DNA of 52,366 nucleotides, filler included, from Sphacelaria rigidula (GCA_964200075.2; 4 parts of 4 records of this genome joined end to end with filler, not necessarily neighbours in it); one strand, 5' to 3'. Positions 26,235 through 40,454 are shown, counted from the first letter of the whole stretch. Program-made: numbers and translations. Notes: generated by a model not told the origin, from the letters alone.

Positions 26235-26997
26235 TGGGTCAGTGCATCCCCGTTTGCAGATTTATTCCGGATATCCCCAGCACATTGGAAAAGTAATCCT
26301 GACGTACTCTCGCATGTTTTCATAAGTCGTATTTTAGATGAGATAAAGGGCTCCCAACAATTCTAACCCCAGAAAATATTTGTGTACCCCTACCGTAGCA
26401 TCACTCATGTTGCGCTTTTGTACTTGCCTGGGGTGTGCATCCGACGCTGGAATCAAAGCTCAAAGATTGATTTTCCCGGTACGGTCCAAATCAATTACAC
26501 TAAAATATAGTCATCGTCAAACGAATCATCATTCGTCCAACCCTTGCAACCTACAGCTATACTTCTGACGGTTTCGGTAGTATACCTACCAACGATACCA
26601 AAATAGAGCATAACACACACCAACGAAAATCCCTCCTTAGCAATGGGACCGTGTACCCCAACCTGTCACCAGAACTCATGGTTGACAAATACGAAGTCGT
26701 TGTACTTGGCGAACCCGAACCCGAACTCGAACCGTGATCCAAGCCCCCAATTGAGGGATACCAAGAACCCGCAGGCGAGCAGGGTTCAGAGGGTGACCAA
26801 GGCAAGGTGAGCGTTGGCAGAATTCAGAATTGCACCCGCGGCGCCGATTCGAGCACAAACGCTACATACCTTGGCGAGCAACTAGCACTGTCAGCCGCGG
26901 AAACACCCAAATGTGACGGTCCACACTGAAACCAAGGGTTTCTCAACCATCGACTGTGGCGACTGCTTGGGGAAAACACCGCGGTCAAAAGACTCAC

Positions 26998-29900
26998 CGA
27001 CGACAACGCCCTTCTTAGCTCTTGTCTCTCGTGTTCCGACTCTCTCCTTTCAACCTCCAACCTGCTCTCCGCCGCTTCAACACGCTGCCGTAAACTATCG
27101 GCGTACTCACGCCTCCCTTTTTCTACCGCGGCCGCCGCCGCGTCTGCCGCCGCCGCCGCCGCCACCTTCGCCGTCTGGCCCATCTCTCTCTCCCGTTTTA
27201 GGGCCTCCTTCTCGCGAGCGAAAGCGCTTTCTTTCTTCTCTAAACCGGTAATCAAGGCTGCCAATTGGTGTCGCAGTTGAGCATTTTCAGTGGCGGCCCC
27301 GGGAGCTGCAGCCTCGACGGCGGCGAATGCCTCGCTATCGGACATCAGTACTCCAGAGCCATCTTCGTTCCCGCGTGGTTCTGGCGGACGATCGTCGTGT
27401 GTTTGATTCAATAGACTCGTCATCTCCGCATCCGAAATAATCCCAGTCGAAGACAACCCGCTGCGGTCACGGTCGCCGCGTTGTTCCGCAGCGGGCGCGT
27501 TGTCTTCTGCAACAAGCCCAGCACTCTTCGAGTCATCTTCGACCATTTTATCGCAGTCTTCGTATCCTAATCCTACCGTTACAGCTGCACTTGCGGCCGC
27601 CCTCGTCCTCGCGGCATCGATGAAGACCCCGGGTGGTAATCGAGTGGCGACGGGGGACCCAAGCACACTACTACTTGGAGTAGTTGATCCGCTTGAACCG
27701 CACGCGATTTTCGACCTCACAGCGGCAGAGCTCGAAATTTTTCCAGTCCTACCAGGATCGGCATCGACAACATTGGGATCTGCAGCCCCATGACCGGCGG
27801 CGGCGCGCTTCGTCCGATCACCATCCGCAGATCCATAGCCGTCGTTCGTCTTTTCTTTTCCTGGCCTCGGCCGAAGTTTCCTCACTGCTAGCGTCTTCTT
27901 GGATGTCGCCGCCGCCGTCGTTTCAGCAGCTGCCGATCTATCCATCACCCTATCGAAGCGGTGTTTAGATTCGCGAGATCTCTTGAGCAGGTGCTGGAAC
28001 TGTTCCCAAGTTGCGGCGCTGGCTTTCGCAAGTTCTTCGCTCCTTTCTCTGGTCTTCCTTCGGGTACAGTCGTTGCCATCGCCACCATCGCTGCCGCCGT
28101 CTCTTCCGGTAACCTTCCCTGTCGCACGGCCATCGCCTCCACCGTTACCGGTACAAGCATCAGTGCTGACATCTGTTCCACTCCCTCCTCCCATGCTTCC
28201 AGGCGGCTCCGCCGTGGACCAAGCGCTATTCTCCTGTCTACAACTACCAATCGCACCAGAAGTCGACGCTCGCGTGGTTTCGAACGTGATTGGCGTTACT
28301 AATGATCTGCGGTGCGGGATGTCCGGGGGGCGTCGATCAGCGCCTGCGTGCTTTAGGCCATCTTGTCTTGACATGTCAGACCGACGGCGAATTCTGGCGG
28401 GGGACCGCTTACTTCGTGCTTCCCCGGTGGTACCGTCGTCTTCGAGTGATGAGCTGAGATGGTCTTGCCCGCGGAAAAATGAGAACGTTTCTCCGCCGTT
28501 ACCTCCGCCGTTTATGGCGAGATTGAGGGCGTCAACCTAAGTAGGTCCTCAAACAAGCACAGATGCACGGGTATCGGAACATTGTTCCCCAGGTGTTCAT
28601 GTATGTCGCTGCCACGGGAGTCGTGCTACAGTGAACAAGTTACGACGACACTGGTCCTGTAAATCGATGCCGTCGAAGGGCACTCGTACAGATATGCTTT
28701 GGTTGAGGCAGCAAACCCCGCACCGTTCGAGTCAGCATCAAGTTGTGATAGGGCATGCGAAACCGGCAGTATAACTGTAGTATTTCAAGCCACGAGGGAT
28801 GATCCATGCCCGTCCGATAGGACGATATCGCTTCAGGCATTCGCATTCGGGTCCAGGGTGGAGCAGTTGTGAAACCGACTTTCTTCGACAGAAGCTATTT
28901 TTTCACGGCAACAAGAGATCCAAACCGAACCACGTTCTCCACTCAAAATTCTAAATAAGGTCAGAAATGCGCACAAGTGTAGGTACTGCCGATAGTGGCA
29001 TCATATACCTGTACCGTTTTCCAAGTTTGCGTTCGCAAACTAACATTGGAACATACTTTCCTCGCAAGATATTATCTCACCCATGCTTTTCTGCTACGGG
29101 GGTCCTCGCAGAGTAATGACCAGGAACGGCCGCTGGCCCAGACCAGATCGAAACCGCAGCCGTTAAAGGCACTGATGCCGCTCCATGCAACGGCACGCCT
29201 TGCTCCTTCTAGCGACACCTGCACGGGGTAAGGGTAGCGACGATAAGGGCTAGCTTGTACGCTGGTGTTTGCCGGTGACAAAATCCGGTAGGCTCTATCT
29301 TACACCACGACGTAAGTGTCACCTATGTTACAGCAGACCGTGACGGGATCACACGTACAAGAAAGGAAGTACAGGAACACTCGACCTCTTACAAAGCTTT
29401 TCGGTCTAGCTTTCTCGAGCGGCGGCAGCCTGCAATGACGAAACTGTCTCGTCCAAGGAGCCATTTTGATGACATGTCGCCAGGCCGACGAAATACTTTC
29501 AGCGGCACAAATATGGTGGCGTAGCTACGGGACTACCTGAAAAAAACGTGAGGTTGAAAATCCCATCACGGGGGTGTTATACACCATCATCGACTGCACG
29601 TTCTCTGTGTCAATACGTCAAGTATAACCCCACACCACAATGCAACTCATCACATCTAGTAACACCAGCTGCATTGCAAACGTGCACAAATTCGCCACAC
29701 ACCCGAGTAGCGGACATTCCAGGGCCGAGATGTTCTGGTTCTCCAACTTCTACTCTTGTGGGACAAGCATTTGCCGCCGCCGCGAGCAAGGATGAAAGAT
29801 CCAATCTGCCGGTCCCATCTGCAAAGTCGCTACTAGAATCAACGATGCCCAGTGACTGAGCTGTGACGTCGAGCACGAAGTGTCTCGACTTCCAACATAA

Positions 29901-30596
29901 GATGCTTATGTCATTGTCGTTGTTGTTGCCGGTGGAGTTGATGTTTGAGACAGTGAAGAGAGGACAACGGGTCACAGGAAAAACGGCGAATCGGCAGCAA
30001 GTTGACAGGAGTCAAGTGATGTCAATATTAGCTTCTGTGGCGACAGCGGTACTCTAAAGCAGTACTGACAAGCACGGCAGGGCACGCGTACTCAGGCCTG
30101 CAGGGCATGGCAGTGTCACTCGCAAGGGATGGGTTGCTGCATCGCCGGTGGCTATGTGCATGTGGTGCTGTACTGACTGCACTACAGGGCTCCAGAGTAT
30201 AATAACTGTACTACAGTACTGTCTCTACAGAATATCGTACAGAAGGCAGACAGAGAGGCGTATTGCAAACGTCTCACGTGTGGTGTGCCCAGATCTCGAG
30301 CTCTTTCCTACATCGGCAACGAATCAGCCCATGTGGATAAGGTCATAGCTTTTCTCGAGGCCAATTCGTCGTGTCGGCATGGGCAACTGTATAATGGCAG
30401 TATAAATCTGCAAGTCTTTCCCACCCCGCCCCAACAGCACGGCCGTTAGGGGCAACGGTCAGATTTTCGAGGCACTGCTGTAGTCAGGCCTCGTGAAGTG
30501 ACCAAAATACCATTGTTGAGACGATTATGTAAACAATGCGGTATACTGTCTTTACCCGTCTGTGTCTTGTAGCTTTTGCTTCAGAAGCCCCTCCAT
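26998..30596 (-). CDS. PH-domain protein with long low-complexity region and C-terminal coiled coil; 3' end unresolved
   Basis: Phase-consistent exons 30596-30556, 29904-29703, 29218-29081 and 28536-26998 give MEGLLKQKLQDTDGILCWKSRHFVLD...VSLEGA...GFDLVWASGRSWSLLCEDPRSRKAWVDALNLAI, matching the PH pattern (EG.L.K / WK.R.FVL / W..AL). Heptad-like ENAQLRHQLAALITGLEKKE...RLEVERRE near the end. GTGAGT donor at 26997. Confidence 0.85.
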
Positions 30597-30959
30597 GTTT
30601 GCCCTTCGGGCCACTTTGTCCGCGCGATGTATCACCGTGTCTGAGCCGAGCACGGCATGACGGGACTGTCAACTTTTAGGTTGAGCCTGCCGCTGAATAA
30701 TGGCAAAAGGTGTGTGCGAGGCACCAAAAGATATGAAACGTTATTTCGCATATCCTAGCTCCAATTTCCCGCCAAAAACGCCACGTACATACATACAACT
30801 CTGATTTCGTCATCCACATAGCACTTAGTGTACACACAGACATGGTATACAGCAAACAGTGCGTCACAATTCACTGCACCGTTTTGTAAAAGGTACACCC
30901 ATGAACGGCGATCTGCCAATAGCGCGACGGTGATCTCTGACAAGGCCATCTGGTGCGCC
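30597..30959. promoter_or_regulatory. Probable bidirectional promoter/5' UTR region
   Basis: Only 363 bp separate the divergent predicted ATGs of the PH gene (30596, -) and the dynein-like gene (30960, +). Confidence 0.5.
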
Positions 30960-33900
30960 ATGGATAACAGCGGGTCAGGACTACAGCCTCCTCCCTCGTT
31001 GATCAACACGGAATATGAGCACAGTATTTTCCCATCCTATTCCCCACTGCCGTCCAAAGGAACATCTCGACAAGCAAGGAAGGCCAAACGCGCTCTACGA
31101 CGACGGATCAAGCCAGAACAGCAAAGATGCGGGCACCGCATCAGGAGTCCTGGACCCCTATTCGAACAACAATCAAGGGGGATGCCAAGACTTCCTCGAG
31201 GCGGCGACGGCCTCGCCGACATATCTCTCCGCCCATCGCTCGCCCTACAAGCTTTGCAGCACCCGAAAGTGACGGTGTTTAGATCGAAGGCTTTTGACTC
31301 GGTGGACCAACAACCTAGACGCCCGGCTACGTCTGCCGCGCATGGATTTCCCGCTGGAAAATCGCCGTGTGTATGGGAGAATCGTCCACACTCACGGTCT
31401 GGGTCGGCACCACCGAACATCTCGGTGGAGGCAGAGCGGGAAAGTCATGGGGTATCACCCAAGAGTTGTGTAACAAGTGGTTGGACTGAGACGGGAACTG
31501 TGGACTGTGATCGATCTCTCTCGCTTGATTCAGAGGAGCCACCTGATGTCGAACCGGAGTGTAAGACCCCGTTACCGCCATCGAGGGAGAGTGCTCGAGG
31601 TAGGGCTCCGTCTTTCAGCGAGGGTCGAAGGCGACTAGTTCGAAACTCTTCTCCCGAAGAAGACGACGAGACTCTGCAGAAGCAACGGCAGCAACGGTAT
31701 CAAGGAGAAACATGGTACGGTGATAGTGATGTTAGGTCATTTTCGAAGGATAATGATGAGGAAGGAGAAGATGATTTCTTGTTGGTAACAAGACCTCCGG
31801 ACACTGACGGCGATGTGTGCGAGAATGCTCTTACCATTGACGCACAAAATGACCTGCAAGAGGCTTATCCTCTCTTGGAGGAAGGGCGGGAAGCAAGGGT
31901 GATGCTCTCATCGAATGTTCCCCTCAGCCCTCGAAGTAGATGTAGGACACCGACACTGCCAACGGACAGGCACGGTCTCCCAGTTGACTCCTACCATGGC
32001 GTACATCGTCGGAGGAAAGCCCGAGCATACAGTGATACGGATTGTGGATTTGACAGACCCATGTCTCCTGTCATATCGTTGGAGGAACACTGGTTGCATT
32101 CTAGCTTCGGTCAAGGTGTGGGCAGGGAGGTAAGCCTTGGCTGCACTTTTGTTTTTGGCGCTCTGCGGGAATCAGTTTTCGAGACACAGAGTTTGGAGAG
32201 TCACTGCTGTACGACAGATCTTCCTTGAATTTTTTCAACCTCAATTAAGATTAAAAGTATTTTTCGGACGGTTGTGCATACACTGGCATTTTCCGGACGC
32301 TTGTACTTACCCTAGTGGATCATATCTATCGCCTTCAATTATCAGGTCACGCCTAGTTGCAACGTATGAACTCATTTCCACCGACAGGAACACGCCGCTC
32401 TACTTGACAACCTATGGGGACTCGGTAGCGCCTGTGTGGTTGAGACCGGCGCTGGCTTCAATGAAGCCACCCCCGCGTTCTGCCAGGAATTTTTCGGCAC
32501 CGATGAATTTTCGGGAGACCGGGAAATAGATTTCTTCATCTCCCAAGTACACGCATCCTCCGAAGCGACCATTGACGACGAAGCACCATCGCTATCAGTA
32601 GCGGTTGACAGCTGCAGCGGCAGCTTACCGACCCCAAATAAGGCAGGAACGCAGGAAAATGCTTCAAAACTCGGAGCGCCAATACCGACTTGGTTAACGG
32701 TGTTCATCCGGGCGGTTCCCTGGCACACTACCGACGACTTCGAACGGCGTTACAATCCTTACCACTTGCGTATTATCGGTCGCGAGTTATCACCATGCCC
32801 CGAAGGAAATCACGGAGTTGGTGTCGTCGAAGACTTGAAGAACAGTATTACGGAGACTGGCGGTGGCAACAATGATTTCGAATTTCAGTATGACCGAATG
32901 GCTGGTGCTGTAGGGGAGAATATCGTATATTTTGGTGATGGTGAGTTTGACGGAGCCATAGATGAGAAGGAGAGGGTGTCGGGGTTCGAGAAGGAACGCG
33001 ATGGACTCGGCGCAAGGGGGAATGCGAGCGTTGAGGAGAGGGTGGCCAAGTTGGAGGCTGTGACGTTTTGTTCAACAGGAGTGACGTACGTGAATCTTCA
33101 CGGGGAAACGAATTTCCTCAGCCTGAAGGACTGGTGCCTAGAGAAGCAGCGATTTGACGCTATGTCTCGCATGAGAATCTGCAAGAGGTGAAATGTTGGA
33201 AGCCGCGTGATGTCTGAACTTCTGATGGCGAGTTCAATCCCTCTTGTGGTACTTATCGCGGGGAAAACCCATCTGGCAGAAAACGATGTTTATGGTCTCA
33301 CGCTCTGCTGTCGTCTACTGAGGTCAGCCACGACGACTTAGCGCCACCGAGACCTTCCCAAAGGACTTGCTAGCAACATCCACCGTCGGCATTCTCTGAT
33401 CCATATTGCAGTCACTTGCGGTAGTGCATCCCCGTCAATCACTTCCCTGCTCAAAAATTCCCCCACAAGACGTCTTATGGATGCGTGATCGTACCACAGT
33501 TATCCTGGCTGGAAGTATTTTCGAGCAATGAAGAAATACATTGGAACCAGGCGCCTCGAGGAGCTACGGCATAAAGTTCAAAGGGGTCTTGTCACACTTG
33601 ACCCTGTATGCAGGTGAGAAACCACAGAAATGGGTAAAGAGAAAGTGGACAGGGATAATGTGGGCACGGATGGATGGCTGGGGCGCGGGATTGACCAAGT
33701 ACGGCTTCCCCACTTCCGGCAGAGAGAAACACGGTGGCAAGTGCACCAGTCCGACAGTTTAGTTGCATTCGAAGTTCGACGGAATGCGATAATCTTGGCA
33801 CCTGCTGCAAATAAGGGACACGCAAGGGTCAGATGGCAATGACTTCTCCCTCTACTGTACACATGCGCTAAGCGGATCACCTCCACCTTCATTTCGAAAA

Positions 33901-36900
33901 GGATCGGTAGCTACCTTGAGGATAGACGGTCCAGACGCTGTGCCGATCACAAGGATTTGCAGCGTCCGCCGCGTCGCGCAGGAACAAGGCTTGTTCGTCC
34001 GCCGGAGTGGTTGCATGTGGTTTTCGAGGAAACCCTCATCGTCAATCCCTCTGCGGCCCTAGAAGCTTCGATGTCTTGCGTTACGAACACCCCAAAGGTA
34101 CTGCTGTCTACACCAAACACCCTGTTGTTCGCACAGAATGTGTCCAGCTTCTCAGTTTACAGATTTCGATATTGTTTCCGCCAACCGACCACCCGACCGC
34201 AGATCAGGCCTGGCGGAAGTCGTGGTGGAGCTCCAGCGGCTAGAGTCGCTGAATTTTATAACTACCAACAAAGGTTTCTCGGCATCTTACAGTTTGGACG
34301 AATTCTACGAAGAGTGTGCAAGGTGCGCGTCGTGCGATATCGCCCAGGGGATCATCAGTGAACCACTAACTTATTCATCGAAAATAGTAAACAATCTTGG
34401 CATCGATATCGAATCTCGGGCTGGCGTTTTTCATCTCTCGTTGCTATCTTCCTCTTTCCTTTTCTATTGTCTCATTTATTATTATTATTTTTTTCAGTTC
34501 GGTCCTTTTCTCCTTTCTCTCTTTTCGTGTCTTTCCCCTTCCTGTAAATTCTTCAAGCAAGGGTGTCTCTTTATTTTTACCTTTTGGTACGCCTAGTTTG
34601 TGGTCATGTCTGGATTGGCATCAAATTAGTCAATGTACAACGATATATCACTCAACGGAGCGATAGGATATTCCCCCGTTGGAAACGTGCTCGTTAGTTA
34701 CCCTTTTTAGATAGAGTATGTATTGGAAAATTTGCATACCGGCCACGAAAATACTCATGACGAGGGACAGGCGATAAGGCTCACTCAAGAATGATAATCT
34801 TCACGACTCTCGTAGAGCATTGGGTATATCGTCTAGTTGACATTCCACTGAAGGCAGACAAACGCGCGCGGATGTTTTTATTTCATGACGGAAATACCAC
34901 TACTGAAAACAAAGGTGTCGCCGTAGAATACCAGCACTTTGTTTGGGATTCCAAAGCACCGTAGAAACGTAAAACTTCGAGAATCATCTTCGCGCTTATC
35001 TTTTCAGTGCCCTTTGGTGTCTCGAACACTAGCTCTACTCTTCCCGTTGAAGTGATGAGCAAACAATGCACCACATCTACACTGTGTAGCTGTGACAAGC
35101 GTTGAATAAACAATACACGCCTCGTTGGAGAGCGCTGTGTGATGTGACGTCCTCCACAATGCGCGTAACGTTCAACTGCTTTTTTCGAATATCAAGACAT
35201 CTCACGCCTAAAAACCAACGTGAATACGAGTACATATCTAATGCGGCGGCAGCGGCATGTTGACTCAAACCCATCGTTCTTCTGAATCTCGATACTTTTC
35301 ATGCGTCATGGAAATGATCTAGGTATCACCCCCAGTGAAAAACTTGTTTTGCAGTCAGTCGCAGGCTTAAAGCGCCGGCTGTGGCCTGTGATTATCTCGC
35401 GAGTTCCCTCAGCTTAACCCGCGTTCATCGTACTCGTTGTTTCCTGCAGAAACGTGAAGGAGTGCGAACATACCCTGTGGGAGGTGTTCGATAGGTGAGG
35501 CTACAAGTCAAGATAGCTGTACGTGGTGTTGTGTCGTAAGTACCACGGTCAGCTGTAACATAATCCTTGTCAGCTGCGGTCAGCCGTAATATACTCCTTC
35601 TCAGCTGCACACTGAGCATGATGAGATACGAGTGATCGCGAGAGGATCGCCGGTCTGTGCCTGCCGCTTCTGCCTTCACGTTCCCAGGAGTATTTTCGGT
35701 ATACTTGGCCTAGGCCTAAAAACTGGCGATTCGCATGTGCTAGCACCGCAACCCCGAACGGTAGCATTGGTAAATTCCGAATTATTTTGTTTGTATTGCC
35801 GGGGGTGAGTGGGTGAGCACCACCTCGCCCCGTTAGGGTAGCTGCCAATGTCAGTGTTACGTGTCGTTGCTGGTCACGGTGAAGTCGCCTCTGGTATGAC
35901 ACGTGCTCTTAAGTACAAAGAGCTGTCACATGAAGTAGCCGAAGTACATACATTGTGCTATAGCCTGTGCACAAAGACTTGAATCTAGATAGCTGGTATC
36001 TATAGACCTCTGTCACTCAAGATGAGATCGCCATGTGGGCTCCTCAGATCGTTTCATGTTATTGCACCACAGAACTCATGTTTGCTGCACATTCAACGGG
36101 GTATAGGAAAGGCTGGTAGTTGTGACAGAGAAATTTCTTCGCGGGGGACAGGTTGTGCGCCCTCTCGCGAGTCCCGTTCATTCCCTGCGTGTTTTTGTGA
36201 AAACCTGCATTACCGTGGAAGGTGCGGAAGAATCCTGGGTCGGATGGCGAAGCGCCATCTTGAAGCAAACGCATTGCTCGTCGTTGACAGAGCGTGGAAC
36301 CAGGTACTCTAGGATATACGCTCGAGTTCGTGTTCCTCATACCTGTGATCTCGCTGGCAAGGTACCGGAGGATATTCCAAGATACAAAAATGACAGCCCG
36401 ATACGTGCCTGAATATGTGACGAACGCGACGTCACATGTTCTAGGGTCCTTTGTAGTTACGTCTTCGATAGCCGAAGTGGCGGAGAAACTGATGACGCCA
36501 GGCTTGTGTCTCGATAAGCTAGCGTGCTCCGGACGTCGGCAGATATGCTGTTTTCGTGCTTCCTAAGGTGTGTCGTATCTCCGTAAGCTATATCTCCTCG
36601 AGCATACTTCCACATGGTTCTATATCACTATAATCTTACCCATTACACCATGACGGGGCCACCCAACCAAATTCTCTCCTCGAGCAGATCTCCGTCGTCC
36701 AGCCTCAATCCAGCATGTCGCCGAGAGGTAATGAGACCGCAGATGCACCTCTGCGTGACGCCCACAACAGCAAAAATATAGATGAAGATCAGGCCCTCCG
36801 TGAAGTGCTGGACTCCCTATCTAAGATGCAAAACGCGGCCACCGCGCCTGCCATGGCAGAGCCTGCTAATTACTCCACATCGTATGGCGTTTCTTGTCAC

Positions 36901-37102
36901 GAGTATCATCACCATGGTGTCAACAGCCTCGAGGAGAAAGAAGCGCCACCAACGTCATGGTCATTTGCCGCGCGACAGCGCACGGAGTGCGCACGACTCA
37001 CTCGTGCCTTCCGGTGGGCGCGCCAGCGTATAAGGCAGCAGCTGCGGGGCCTTGCTTTAGATCAGTCGGAGCGTCTGCTCAAGACAGTGCGTAGGATCAA
37101 AG
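30960..37102 (+). CDS. Divergent axonemal dynein heavy chain-like protein (DNAH6-type N-terminal tail region); 3' part probably runs off the contig
   Basis: Phase-consistent exons 30960-32129, 32388-33187, 33500-33613, 34203-34322, 36222-36303 (less sure) and 36688-~37102, with a further candidate at ~38275-38492. Motifs YNPYHLRII, TFCSTGVTYV..GETNFLSLKDWCLEKQRFDAMSRM, WKYFRAMKK, YSLDEFYE and RQRTECARLTRAFRW occur in the same order as DNAH6-type N-terminal motifs (recognised by eye). Confidence 0.7.
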
Positions 37103-39180
37103 GTGGCTGTGTTTTTTCCCCATCATTCTTTCTCTCTATAGCGCACGGCACTTAGTATGCGAATAATCGCGGAGTGGCCGGTCGCCGTAGTAAGCGTTCG
37201 GTTCTTCTTGACGAGTTGTTGAAGGGTTGGGAATTGCTGTACAATAGGTACACATATATTGACCGCAAACATGAAACACACTAGATTATTCGTAGTGGGC
37301 AAGTTCCTAGCCTGCCCACCAGCCGGAGTATCGCATTGTGGGACTGGCGTACCGATGTGGACCGTTGCACACAACAAGGACCTGCACAACTCTTCAGCGC
37401 ATCACCAAGCCTGGCGAGCATGACGAGACTGAGCACAAGATGTACATTGGAAAAAGTGTTGTAATATTGAGCTCACGGATCGTGCGTTGGGTTGCTGGGC
37501 ACGTCGAGACGGAATCGCGACCGCTGCTCATCTGGCGAATCTTGTGAATTTGCTCACAATCGGGTAGAAAGGGTGCAGGCAGTCTCTAACTTTGCGCGAT
37601 TTCCGCAATGCGTTGCGGACAGTGTTGGAGGAATATCACAAGGAGAGTAACGACCCCACCACTGGGTGCCCACTGCCATTTCAAGAGTACACTTGGTGTC
37701 ATATTACATCGGTCCTCTCTCACCCGCGTACGACCGCTCATGCGTTAGCGCACTTCGACCCCTTCCCTTAAATCAGCGTCTGCATCCAACCCTGTCCGTG
37801 TTCTCTTTGGTGGGAAACACTCCTCAGTTAAGAACGGTGAATACTGCGGGAAGGGGGGTGCATGCAGGAGTGGGGAGCACGGAGTGGGGGGTGCAACGGT
37901 AAAATCGGCCCGGGTGGAGGGTGCGAGTACGACTGGGGGTGGCAAGGGTCAATGCCAACGTGCGGAGGAGGTCGAGAGATACGAGGGTGATATCAACTCC
38001 AGATTTGTCAAGTTTCGGTAAGCTCGTGTGGCGCAGAACGGACAGGAGCGGGGCTTCCTTGCAGTTTGCATGTCAAAGCATGACCAAAAATTTTGTAGTT
38101 CTTTCACTCTTCGATAGTAATACAGAATAGCTAGTGAGCCTAAAACTATCCCACATTCGGTTTCGCTCTCTCTGTTTTTCAACTAAAGGATAAATCTTGA
38201 CGATCGTATTTCCCAAGCGATTTCCTTCAGCAGTGCGTACCCGACTACTCCACCGCATCTTGTAACATCACCAGGCACGAGGTTCAGGCCCACCCAGCAA
38301 GAGATATCCGATGTGCTTTCCCCATCGACAAAGAGGAAATGAGGGAATTGCATACTTTAGCATTGGAGGCGTCGGCTCTCGAGGGGACCGGGGTAGGGAA
38401 GTCGGAGGTTCGAGAATGGCGGGAAATGTTTCGGTACAGAGTCAGTATGACGGGTGGGAGGCGTGATCCGAAGGAGCTGTTTACAGTGCCCAGGTATGAA
38501 GGGGGGAGATAGATGGGTACTGGACGTGACCGCACGGAATGGTCGCCACGAACATCACAATTGGTCCAACTGCTAAAGTTAACGATGAAACGCGGTTCGT
38601 TCAGTGGGAACTTGGGCCCATGGGATCATGGATTCTGGCCAGGACCGTTACCTTGAACACGTCGACAACTACTGTGGACTGGGGTTGATATTTCTAAATG
38701 AGTCGTTCCGGTCCGCCGTGCACTATACTAGCGGCGACACGCAACGTGCCGGATTATAGTGAATTGGGAACGCGCTTACAGCTTGAGATTCATCCAGGTT
38801 ATGAGCACGCTGCTGACCTGCTGAATGATATTCAAGCACCAGAGAGTGATAGTCGGGCACACAGCCAACGTCATCACGCGAAGTCCGTAACCGAGTCCGT
38901 TATGTGTACGAGGGCTGCATCGTAGACGTTCGCCTACAGTAATCCTGTCCGCCCTCCTTTCGTTGCAGAACGGCCGTATCGGGTTTATGTTGCGTTTGGT
39001 TGCCTCTTTTTACTCATAGCTGACGGCCTACATCAGGCACATGACTTCCTCCGCACCAGCTTGCTACCCTCTTGTTTACGGGAGTTGTCCAACCAGATTC
39101 AGGTTGAATCTGACCACCCATTCTACAAAAATGAGAATGGCCAGTTTCATCAGCAGAAACTCGTGCTCTTCCTACTTTAG

Positions 39181-39217
<37 letters not shown>

Positions 39218-39250
39218 ACACCCCCCCCCAGCCCTCACCGTCCGAGAACC

Positions 39251-39350
39251 NNNNNNNNNNNNNNNNNNNNNNNNNNNNNNNNNNNNNNNNNNNNTTAATT
39301 AATTAANNNNNNNNNNNNNNNNNNNNNNNNNNNNNNNNNNNNNNNNNNNN
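39251..39350. other. Artificial contig linker
   Basis: Same 100-nt block, preceded by a poly-C run at 39181-39229. Confidence 0.97.
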
Positions 39351-39909
39351 AGTGGCGGGCGGCCCGTCGGCCGCCGCATCCTGTTGGAAGCTGGCTCGTT
39401 ACCGCGACACATACTGCTTGCTACATCAGATGTACACCACCCAATGCGCACCCTGCACCTGAAAACAGACTAGATGAAACTTTCGGTCTTCGTCATAACC
39501 CCGCGGTTACATACGCGGATTTTCAGCAACATGCCGCTGTTTCGTTTAGTCGCCAGACACGCCATTCCTGACCAGCCTATTGGTCGTTCTGGAGGCCCGA
39601 TCCCAAAAGGGTTAACGTGACTGAAATAACCCGGGGAAGATGTTGTTTCGTCCCATCCCTTGAGTACGCGCTGGTATTGAGGCCTAACGTCAGAGCCTGT
39701 TGAATAGAAATGACGATGCCCCTGAACATGTGAAATATAACTGTAACACGTACATCCTAGTTGCTGATTTGGAACCACCCTTGTCCCTCTTCCCAACGAT
39801 CATACGAGCATATTTCCTCCCTGAAACACTTCACCCAGGGGGTATTATTTGACGTATTAGTCGTTTACCGGCGAAATGCAGGATGAGAAGTTTCACTATT
39901 CACGAGGGT

Positions 39910-40454
39910 GAGGCCGCTTCTTTTAGACTGAAAAATCCCTGAGAACTTCCCGGTTGAACCTTTCATCACGAAATATTGGCGGAATACGGACCTTGGCTGA
40001 TTTGGCCTCCTCGAAAGGATTTGCTATATGTTTCACGAGGATTCCAGCGCTCTTGTCCGATCTTTCGTACTCCCAGTTTTACTCTTGGCCGGATTCTAGA
40101 TTATTTCAGTCGCCGCGAAAATCGTCCAGTTGTCAGGAAAAGTACGTATTTTTCTCCGACAACTCAAGAGTTTTTAGGTGACGGAAAAAGTGCAGAATCC
40201 GGCCAAGAGTAAAACGTACTTTTCAGACAAATCAAGTTTTTTCAGGTGACGGAAAAAGTGCAGAATCCGACCATGAGCAGAACCACGAGTACGAAAGATC
40301 GGACAAGCGCGCTGAAATCACCGTGAAAAATATAGGAAATCTTTCCGAGGAGGCCGAATCCGCCAAAGCCCGTATTCCGCCGATAATTCGTGATGAAAGG
40401 TTGAAAAGGGCAGTCCTCAGGGAGAATGTTTTTCAGTCTAGAAGAAGCGGCCTA
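39910..40454. mobile_element. Foldback MITE with ~190-bp inverted arms, hAT-like
   Basis: aggccgcttcttttagactgaaaaa pairs with tttttcagtctagaagaagcggcct, and pairing continues inward (ttgtccgatctttcgtactc / gagtacgaaagatcggacaa). Near-identical 8-bp flanks acgagggt (39902-39909) and acgagggg (40455-40462). Internal direct repeat aggtgacggaaaaagtgcagaatccg twice. Confidence 0.8.
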
